64,000 nt of DNA. Origin: Scyliorhinus canicula (taxonomy: Eukaryota). Below, one piece after another: positions 36,484-46,700 of the stretch; the stretch's first letter is position 1; the number at the start of each line of letters is the position of its first letter. The notes below the pieces were generated by a model. That model made no database searches and was not told the DNA's origin. It saw nothing but the letters and a program-made list of their open reading frames with translations. The DNA is taken from contig NC_052158.1 in NCBI RefSeq assembly GCF_902713615.1, positions 42,681,159 to 42,745,158 on the forward strand. Direction: 5' to 3'. The position numbers and the translations under genes were made by a program.

Positions 36484-39400
36484 AGAACATAGAACGATAC
36501 AGCGCAGTACAGGCCCTTCGGCCCTCGATTTTGCACCGACATGGAAAAAAACTAAAGGCCATCTAACCTACACTATGCCCTTATCATCCATATGCTTATC
36601 CAATAAACTTTTAAATGCCCTCAATGTTGGCGAGTTCACTACTGTTGCAGGTAGGGCATTCCACGGCCTCACCACTCTTTGCATAAAAACCCACCTCTGA
36701 CCTCTGTCCTATATCTATTACCCCTCAATTTAAGGCTATGTCCCCTCGTGCTAGCCACCTCCATCCGCGGGAGAAGGCTCTCGCTGTCCACCCTATCTAA
36801 CCCTCTGATCATTTTGTATGCCTCTATTAAGTCATCTCTTAACCTTCTTCTCTCTAACGAAAACAACCTCAAGTCCATCAGCCTTTCCTCATAAGATTTT
36901 CCCTCCATACCACCCATCCTTCTGCGCCCTCCTCTAGGTCATTTATAAAAATGACAAACAGCAACGGCCCCAGAACAGATCCTTGTGGTACGCCACTCGT
37001 AACTGAACTCCATTCTGAACATTTCCCATCAACTACCACTCTCTGTCTTCTTTCAACTAGCCAATTTCTGATCCACATCTCTAAATCACCCTCAATCCCC
37101 AGCCTCCGTATTTTCTGCAATAGCCGACCGTGGGGAACCTTATCAAACGCTTTACTGAAATCCACATACACCACATCAACTGCTCTACCCTCGTCTACCT
37201 GTTCAGTCACCTTCTCAAAGAACTCGATAAGGTTTGTGAGGCATGACCTACCCTTCACAAAACCATGCTGACTATCCCTAATCATATTATTCCTATCTAG
37301 ATGATTATAAATTGTATCTTTATAATCCTCTCCAAGACTTTACCCACCACAGACGTTAGGCTCACCGGCCTATAGTTACCGGGGTTATCTCTACTCCCCT
37401 TCTTGAACAAAGGGACCACATTTGCTATCCTCCAGTCCTCTGGCACTATTCCTGTAGCCAATGATGACCTAAAAATCAAAGCCAAAGGCTCAGCAATCTC
37501 TTCCCTGGCTTCCCAGAGAATCCTAGGATAAATCCCATCAGGCCCCGGGGACTTATCTATTTTCACCTTGTCCAGAATTGCCAACACTCCTTCCCTACGC
37601 ACCTCAATGCCATCTATTCTAATAGCCTGGGTCTCAGCATTCTCCTCCACAATATTATCTTTTTCCTGAGTGAATACTGACAAAAAGTATTCATTTAGTA
37701 TCTCGCTTATCTCCTCAGCCTCCACACACAACTTCCCACCACTGTCCTTGACTGGCCCTACTCTTACCCTAGTCATTCTTTTATTCCTGACATACCTATA
37801 GAAAGCTTTTGGGTTTTCCTTGATCCTACCTGCCAAAGACTTCTCATGTCCCCTCCTTGCTCGTCTTAGCTCTCTCTTTAGATCCTTCCTCGCTTCCTTG
37901 TAACTATCAAGCGCCCCAACTGAAACTTCACGCCTCATCTTCACATAGGCCTCCTTCTTCCTCTTAACAAGAGATTCCACTTCTTTGGTAAACCACGGTT
38001 CCCTCGCTCGACCCCTTCCTCCCTGCCTGACTGGTACGTACTTATCAAGAACATGCAATAGCTGTTCCTTGAACAAGCTCCACATATCCAGTGTGCCCAA
38101 CCCTTGCAGCCTACTTCTCCAACCTACACCTCCTAAGTCATGTCTAATGGCATCATAATTGCCCTTCCCCCAGCTATAACTCTTGCCCTGCGGGGTATAC
38201 TTATCCCTTTCCATCACTAACGTAAAGGTCACCGAATTGTGGTCACTGTTTCCAAAGTGCTCACCTACCTCCAGATCTAACACCTGGCCTGGTTCATTAC
38301 CCAAAACCAAATCCAATGTGGCCTCGCCTCTTGTTGGCCTGTCAACATATTGTGTCAGGAAACCCTCCTGCACACATTGTACAAAGAACGACCCATCTAA
38401 TGTACTCGAACTATATCTTTTCCAGTCAATATTTGGAAAGTTAAAGTCTCCCATAACAACTACCCTGTTACTTTCGCTCTTTTCCAGAATCATCTTCGCC
38501 ATCCTTTCCTCTACATCCCTAGAACTATTAGGTGGCCTATAGAAAACTCCCAACAGGGTGACCTCTCCTTTCCTGTTTCTAACCTCAGCCCATATTACCT
38601 CGGAAGAAGAGTCCCCATCTAGCATCCTTTCCGCCACCGTAATACTGTCCTTGACTAGCAGCGCCACACCTCCCCCTCTTTTGCCCCCTTCTCTGAGCTT
38701 ACTAAAACACCTAAACCCCGGAACCTGCAACAACCATTCCTGTCACTGCTCATTTCCATGTCTCTGAAATGGCCACAACATCAAAGTCCCAGGTACCAAC
38801 CCATGCTGCCAGTTCCCCTACCTTATTTCGTATACTCCTGGCATTGAAGTACACACACTTCAAACCACCTACCTGAACACTGGCACCCTCCTGCGAAGTC
38901 AAATCTGTGCTCCTGACCTCTATACTCTCAATCTCCCGTACCCCAAAACTACAATCCAGGTTCCCATGCCCCTGCTGAATTAGTTTAAACCCCCCCAAAG
39001 AGCACTAACAAATCTGTGCCCCTGACTATTGAGTCCCCAATTACTAATGTTCTACTCCTTTCCCCCCTTCCCTTCTGAGCAACAGGGACAGACTCCGTGC
39101 CAGAGGCCCGTACCCCATGGCTTAGGGTCCCTGCACTGACTGCTTCTTCCCAGTCCCTCTTACAGTTACCCATCTATCTCCAGTCTTTGGTGTAACTACT
39201 TCCCTGAAGCTCCTATCTATGACCCCCTCTGCCTCCCGAATGATCCGAAGTTCATCCAGTTCAAGCTCCAGGTCCCTAACATGGTTTTTGAGGAGCTGGA
39301 GTTGGGTGCACTTCCCACAGATGAAATCAGCAGGGACACTGACGGCGTCCCTCACCTCAAACATTCTGCAGGAGGAGCATTGTACTGCCTTCCCTGATAT

Positions 39401-39500
39401 CATCTCTAGATTTTAAAAAAAACAAGAAGAAAAAGAAACAAAGAGCTTACCTGATATTCCCTCAAACCCTGCTCCCGGTGAAAGGTAAGCAAATTTAAAG
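36484..39500 (-). mobile_element. Young CR1 LINE with internal deletions
   Basis: ORF1 fragment with zinc finger (CSSC...CGKC, 39122-39403) and esterase-like GDSIVRG. The ORF2 endonuclease region is open for 478 aa (37297-38733), with RT motifs [12 protein letters not shown] deleted near 36910, and a (TTCTATG)n tail. Confidence 0.92.
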
Positions 39501-40246
39501 GCACACTCACCTTCACGACAGGCCCCAAGCTGCCTCTAGGTCATCTCTAAGGTATAGGACGGCTGCCTGAGGTTAAATTGTGCTGTAAGAGTTAGTCAAT
39601 TTGCCCTTAGCGCTGGGATTCTAGGGATATTGTTCTCTTCTTCAGTCATTTTGCTTTGCAGCAATGGGTGAGATGTTATGTCTCGAAAGTTGTGCCTCCC
39701 TCCTCTGCAACCCCCATGGAGAAGGATAAGAGCAGCAACGTCATGGAAATACTGTTATGACCCTTGTGGAAACAAACTACAAACAACCCAACTAAGACCA
39801 ATATACAAAACTTCACTTTTATATTAGCAATCACACCAAAATCAACGTAAATTAAACATGAATTAACAGGAAAATTGCAATAATATGACCGATAAATTAC
39901 ACATAGCAGATACAAAGACATATCTCACACATTTCTCAGTCAGCCCATTCAGCACGTATCACATTCATTTCAGCCACAATATCCTTCAAAACGTTGAACT
40001 TCTTCAAATCAAATTCCATCTTCATTTCTCTAAAGCTTTAGCACCAAGTCTCATCAAACAACGGCATTACTTCACCCAATTTCCACAAATATAATTTTCA
40101 CAGTCGACACATTTCCAGATCCCTTCTTCTTCACAAAACCCTGATCATATGGGGCCTGTTTGTGCACTATGCCAGTGCATAAAGGGTCCCCAAATCCAGA
40201 TATAAAGCTCTGTTCAAGATCCGAGCTCCAGCAGCTTGCAGTCAAG

Positions 40247-40599
40247 TAGAACATAGAACATAGACCAGTACAGCAGAGAACAGGCAATTCAGCCCTCGAT
40301 GTTGTGCCGAGCAATGATCACCCTACTCAAACCCACGTATCCACCCTATACCCGTAACCCAACAACCCCCCCCCCCTTAACCTTACTTTTTCGGACACTA
40401 CGGGCAATTCAGCATGGCCAATCCACCTAACCCGCACATCTTTGGACTGTGGGAGGAAACCGGAGCACCCGGAGGAAACCCACGCACACACGGGGAGGAT
40501 GTGCAGACTCCGCACAGACAGTGACCCAGCCGGGAACCGAACCTGGGACCCTGGAGCTGTGAAGCATTTATGCTAACCACCATGCTACCGTGCTGCCCC
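40247..40599 (-). mobile_element. Young tRNA-derived SINE of the same family
   Basis: Reverse-complement near-match to 6787-7117 including the tail. Confidence 0.88.
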
Positions 40600-41164
40600 T
40601 GTCTCTGAGAATCTCCCATTTATAGGACCCTGGGCTTTAAGTATAAAGGGTAAGAGGGCAAAAGTTAAGAGGCCATGATGAATCTTCATAAAATACTGGT
40701 TCTGTCCCAAATGGGTGCCCCTGGCCCAAATGTCAAATTCTGGGCACGACAGTTTAGTAAGTTGACAACTATAGAGAGGGTGCAGAGAAGAGTTTAAAAA
40801 TGGATCAAAAGATAAAGAATAAATAAAACTCACCCATGGTGGCATTGATTGCCGTTGATTCCGGAGATTTCGCTCCCTTTTTGTTCATGCTCCAGCCGCC
40901 GAGTGCAAAACCGCCTCTTCACCAGCGGCGCCGCGGTGCGCAGGCGCGCTCCGGCCGCCCGTGGTGCGTGCTCCGTTCTCTTCACGCTGCTGCCCCCATC
41001 CAATCGATGCCCGGGGCCACTGCAATGAAACCTGGTTTGTTCCCCAACTGTGGGATGAATATTTCAGTTGGTTTATTCCATTGGGTTTGTTTGTGTTGGA
41101 TGATGTTTATTTGTCTCTGGCTAAAGTGTTAGTTTAATCCTCCGGGGTCCTCTCTCACACACAG

Positions 41165-41413
41165 ATCTTCACCGGGATTTCCAGGTCTTTGTGGTTCAGG
41201 ACGGCAGTCCGGACAAACAGTTTGATGTTGATGTGGACGGCGATGAGGTTTTCTACATGGATTTCAACCTGAAGAAGGAGGTGGGGCGGATCCCCGAGTT
41301 GCAGCACCTCGTAATGCAGGGAGGAGAGGCTGGGGTCTCAGCCAATATCGCCATCCTGAAACAGAATTTAAATGTTTGTAAGAACCAGTCGAAGTGGAGC
41401 CCGGACCCGAAAT
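41165..41413 (+). CDS. DAA-like: MHC class II alpha exon 2 (alpha-1 peptide-binding domain), copy in phase and orientation with exon 1
   Basis: 249 bp between a ...cacacag acceptor and GTAAGT donor, phase 1/1, open: YLHRDFQVFVVQDGSPDKQFDVDVDGDEVFYMDFNLKKEVGRIPELQHLVMQGGEAGVSANIAILKQNLNVCKNQSKWSPDPK. It has the class II alpha motif DGDExFYMDF and a C-terminal N-x-S sequon. Exons 3-4 are not in the window. Confidence 0.93.
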
Positions 41414-41492
41414 GTAAGTGACCGGGTTCACCCCCTCCCTCCCCCGGGTCTGGAGCGGAGTCAGAGTGAGACCATCGGGAGGCCGAGGCCTG

Positions 41493-44400
41493 GGGCCGGA
41501 GTGACTGACTGACCGGGGTCCGGAGTGACTGACTGACCGGGGTCTGGAGTGACTGACTGACCGGGGTCCGGAGTGACTGACTGATGGGGTCCGGAGGGAC
41601 TGACTGACCGGGGTCCGGAGTGACTGGCCGACCGGGGTGCGGTGTGACTCACTGACCGGGGTCCGGAGTGACTGACTGACCGGGGTCCGGAGTGACTGAC
41701 TGACCGGGGTCTGGAGTGACTGACTGACCGGGGGCCGGAGTGACTGACTGACCGGGGGCCCGGAGTGACTGACTGACCGGGTTCCGGAGTGACTGACTGA
41801 CCGGGGTCCGGAGTGACTGACTGACCGGGGGTCGGAGTGACTGACTGACCGGGGGTCGGAGTGACTGACTGACCGGGGTCCAGAGTGACTGACTGACCGG
41901 GGTGCGGAGTGACTGACTGACCGGGGTGCGGAGTGACTGCCTGACCGGGGTCCGGAGTGACAGACTGACCGGGGTCCGGAGCGACTGACTGACCGGGGGT
42001 CGGAGTGACTGACTGACCGGGGCCTGGAGTGACTGACTGACCGGGGTCCGGAGGGACTGACTGACCGGGGTCCGGAGGGACTGACTGACCGGGGTCCGGA
42101 GTGGCTGACTGACCAGGGTCCAGAGTGACGGAATGACCGGGGTCCGGAGTGACGGACTGAGCGGGGTCCGGAGTGACGGACTGAGCGGGGTCCGGAGTGA
42201 CGGACTGACCGGGGTCCGGAGTGATGGACTGTCCGGAGTGACGGACTGACCGGGGTGCGGAGTGACGGACTGTCCGGAGTGACGGACTGACCGGGGTCCG
42301 GAGTGACTGACTGACCGGGGTGCGGAGTGACTGACTGACCGGGGTGCGGAGTGACTGACTGACCGGGGGTCCGGAGTGGCTGACTGACCGGAGTGACTGA
42401 CTGACCGGGGTCCGGAGTGACTGACTGACCGGGGTCCGGAGTGACTGACTGACCGGGGTGTGGAGTGACTGACTGACCGGGGTCCGGAGTGACTGACTGA
42501 CCGAAGTCCGGAGTGACTGACTGACCGAGGTCCGGAGTGACTGACTGACCGGGGTCCGGAGTGACTGACTGACCGGGAGGCCTGGGGCTGGAGTGATGGA
42601 CTGACCGGGGTCCGGAGTGACTGACTGACCAGGGTCCGGAGTGACTGACTGACCGGGGTCCGGAGTGACTGACTGACCGGGGTCCGGAGTGACTGACTGA
42701 CCGGGGCCCGGATTGACTGACTGACCGGGGCCTGGAGTGACTGACTGACCGGGGTCCGGAGGGACTGACTGACCGGGGTCCTGAGTGAATGACTGACCGG
42801 GGTCCGGAGTGACTGACTGACCGGGGTCCGGAGTGACTGACTGACCGGGGTGTGGAGTGACTGACTGACCGGGGTCCGGAGTGACTGACTGACCGAAGTC
42901 CGGAGTGACTGACTGACCGAGGTCCGGAGTGACTGACTGACTGGGGTCCGGAGTGACTGACTGACCGGGAGGCCGAGGCCTGGGGCTGGAGTGATGGACT
43001 GACCGGGGTCCGGAGTGACTGACTGACCAGGGTCCGGAGTGACTGACTGACCGGGTCCGGAGTGACTGACTGACGGGGTCCGGGAGCCTGACTGACTGAC
43101 GGGGCCCGGATTGACTGACTGACCGGGGCCTGGAGGGTGACTGATGACCGGGTCCGGAGGGACTGACTGACCGGGTCCGGAGGGACTGACTGACCGGGGT
43201 CCGGAGTGGCTGACTGACCAGGGTCCGGAGTGACGGAATGACCGGTGTCCGGAGTGACGGACTGAGCGGGGTCCGGAGTGACGGACTGAGCGGGGTCCGG
43301 AGTGACGGACTGACCGGGGTCCGGAGTGACGGACTGTCCGGAGTGACGGACTGACCAGGGTGTGGAGTGACGGACTGTCCGGAGTGACGGACTGACCGGG
43401 GTCCGGAGGACTGACTGACCGGGTGCCGAGTGACTGACTGACCGGTGCGGAGTGACTGACTGACCGGGGTCCGGAGTGGCTGACTGACCGGGTCCGGAGT
43501 GACTGACTGAGTGACTGACTGACCGNNNNNNNNNNNNNNNNNNNNNNNNNNNNNNNNNNNNNNNNNNNNNNNNNNNNNNNNNNNNNNNNNNNNNNNNNNN
43601 NNNNNNNNNNNNNNNNNNNNNNNNNNNNNNNNNNNNNNNNNNNNNNNNNNNNNNNNNNNNNNNNGGGTCCGGAGTGACTGACTGACCGGTCCGAGTTGAC
43701 TGACTGACCGGGTCCGTGAGTGACTGACGACCGGGTCCGAGTGACTGACTGACCGGGGCCGGAGTGACTGACTGACCGGGTCCGGTAGTGACTGACTGAC
43801 CGGGGTCCGGAGTGACTGACTGACGGGGTCCGGAGTGACTGACTGACGGGGTCCGAGTGACTGACTGACCGGGGTCCGAGTGCTGGCTGACGGGGAGGAC
43901 TGACTGACCGGGGTCCAGAGTGACTGACTGACCGGGGTCCGGAGTGCTGACTGACCGGGGTCCGGAGTGAACTGACTGACCGGGTCCGAGTGACTGACTG
44001 ACCGGGGTCCAGAGTGACTGACTGACCGGGGTCCGGAGTGGACTGACTGACCGGGGTCCGGAGTGACTGACTGACCGGGGCCCGGAGTGACTGACTGACC
44101 GGAGTCCGGAGTGACTGACTGACCGAGGTCTGGAGTGACTGACTGACCGGGGTCCGGAGTGACTGACCGGGAGGCCGAGGCCTGGGGCTGGAGTGATGGA
44201 CTGACCGGGGTCCGGAGTGACTGACTGACCAGGGTCCGGAGTGACTGACTGACCGGGGGTCGGAGTGACTGGCTCACCGGGGTCCGGAGTGACTGACTGA
44301 CCGGGGCCCGCAGTGACTGACTGACCGGGGTCCGGAGTGACTGACTGACCGGGGCCCGCAGTGACTGACTGACCGGAGTGACTGACTGACCGGGATCCGG

Positions 44401-45300
44401 AGTGGCTGACTGACCGGGGTCCGGAGTGACTGACTGACCGGGGTCCGGAGTGACTGACTGACCGGGGGGACGGAGCGACTGACTGACCGGGGTCCGGAGT
44501 GACTGACTGACCGGGGTCCGGAGTGACTGACTGACGGGGTCCGGAGTGACTGACGGACCGGGGTCCGGAGTGACTGACTGACCGGGGTCCGGAGTGACTG
44601 ACTGACCGGCGTCCGGAGTGACTGACTGACCGGGGTCTGGAGTGACTGACTGAACGTGGTCCGGAGTGACTGACTGACCGGGGGTCGGAGTGACTGGCTG
44701 ACCGGGGTCCGGAGTGACTGGCTGACCGGGGTCCGGAGTGACGGACTGACCGGGGTCCGGAGTGACTGACTGACCGGGGTCCAGAGTGACGGACTGACCG
44801 GGGTCCGATGTGACTGACTGACCGGGGTCCGGAGTGACGGACTGACCGGGGGTTCGGAGTGGCTGACTGACTGGAGTGACTGACTGACCGAGGTCCGGAG
44901 TGACTGACTGACCGGGGTGCAGAGTGACTGACTGACTGTGGGTCCGGAGTGGCTGACTGACCGGGGTCAGGAGTGGCTGACTGACCGGGGGCCGGAGTGA
45001 CTGACTGACCGGGGTCCGGTATGACTGACTGACCGGGGTCTGGAGTGACTGACTGACTGGGGTCCGGAGTGACTGACTGACCGGTGTCCGGAGTGACTGA
45101 CTGACCGGGTCCCGGAGTGGCTGACTGACCGGGGTGACTGACTGACCGGGGTGCAGAGTGACTGACTGACCGGGGGTCCGGAGTGACTGACTGACCGGGG
45201 TCCGGAGTGACTGACTGACCGGGGTCCAGAGTGACTGACTGACCGGGGTCCGGAGTGACTGGCGGACCGGGGACGGAGCGACTGACGGACCGGGGGACGG
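41493..45300. repeat. Same 24-bp minisatellite, ~3.8 kb, in intron 2 of the plus copy
   Basis: Reverse complement of the 7484-9117 unit, with higher-order blocks and an N run at 43526-43663. Confidence 0.95.
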
Positions 45301-46700
45301 AGTGATTGACTCACTGACTGCGGTACGGAGCGACTGACTCACTGACCGCGGTCTGGAGCGACTGACTCACTGACCGCTGTCCGGAGCGACTGACTCACTG
45401 ACCGCGGTACGGAGCGACTGACTCACTGACCGCTGTCCGGAGCGACTGACTCACTGACCGCTGTCCGGAGCGACTGACTCACTGACCGCGGTCCGGAGCG
45501 ACTGACTCACTGACCGCGGTACGGAGCGACTGACTCACTGACCGCTGTCCGGAGCGACTGTCTCACTGACCGCGGTCCGGAGCGACTGACTCACTGACCG
45601 CGGTCCGGAGCGACTGACTCACTGACCGCGGTCCGTAGCGACTGACTCACTGACCGCGGTCCGGAGCGACTGACTCACTGACCGCGGTCCGTAGCGACTG
45701 ACTCACTGACCGCGGTCCGGAGCGACTGACTCACTGACCGCGGTCCGGAGCGACTGACTCACTGACCGCGGTCCGGAGCGACTGACTCACTGACCGCGGT
45801 CCGGAGCGACTGACTCACTGACCGCGGTCCGGAGCGACTGACTCACTGACCGCGGTCCGGCGCGACTGACTCACTGACCGCGGTCCGGAGCGACTGACTC
45901 ACTGACCGCGGTCCGGAGCGACTGACTCACTGACCGCGGTCCGGAGCGACTGACTCACTGACCGCGGTCCGGAGCGACTGACTCACTGACCGTGGTCTGG
46001 AGCGACTGACTCACTGACCGCGGTCCGGAGCGACTGACTCACTGACCGCGGTCCGGAGCGACTGACTCACTGACCGCGGTCCGGAGCGACTGACTCACTG
46101 ACCGCGGTCCGGAGCGACTGACTCACTGACCGGGGACTGAGAGACTGACTCACTGACCGCGGTCCGGAGCGACTGACTCACTGACCGCGGTCCGGAGCGA
46201 CTGACTCACTGACCGCGGTCCGGAGCGACTGACTCACTGACCGCGGTCCGGAGCGACTGACTCACTGACCGCGGTCCGGAGCGACTGACTCACTGACCGC
46301 GGTACGGAGCGACTGACTCACTGACCGCGGTCCGGAGCGACTGACTCACTGACCGGGGACTGAGTGACTGACTCACTGACCGCGGTCCGGAGCGACTGAC
46401 TCACTGACCGGGGACTGAGTGACTGACTCACTGACCGCGGTCCGGAGCGACTGACTCACTGACCGCGGTCCGGAGCGACTGACTCACTGACCGGGGACTG
46501 AGTGACTGACTCACTGACCGCGGTCCGGAGCGACTGACTCACTGACCGGGGACTGAGTGACTGACTCACTGACCGCGGTCCGGAGCGACTGACTCACTGA
46601 CCGCGGTCCGTAGCGACTGACTCACTGACCGCGGTCCGGTGCGACTGACTCAGTGACCGCGGTCCGGAGCGACTGACTCACTGACCGGGGACTGAGTGAC
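45300..46700. repeat. 28-bp derived minisatellite (ACCGCGGTCCGGAGCGACTGACTCACTG)n, ~50 units
   Basis: 28-bp period verified on line 45721. Nearly every unit contains TGACTCA. Confidence 0.93.

Larger units (their letters stand above)
36333..41022. mobile_element. Non-autonomous TIR DNA transposon (CAGTGGC...GCCACTG) with nested CR1 and SINE; right arm only
   Basis: 7-bp terminal inverted repeat and a 10-bp flanking direct repeat CAATGAAACC (36323-36332/41023-41032). It is absent at the equivalent left-arm site (~9575-9620). The superfamily (hAT or MULE-like) is unresolved. Confidence 0.6.

Noticed and set aside
27150-36910. Two young CR1 3' ends in opposite orientation breaking at nearly the same position (gggaaaatctt)
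   Set aside because: One is a 5' truncation and the other an internal deletion with different flanks. The coincidence is explainable by purine-rich microhomology, and they are not part of the main arm symmetry.
41461-45342. 1293-aa mucin-like ORF (TPDPGQSV)n
   Set aside because: It is the 24-bp VNTR read antisense to the MHC gene across an N run, with no promoter or splice evidence.
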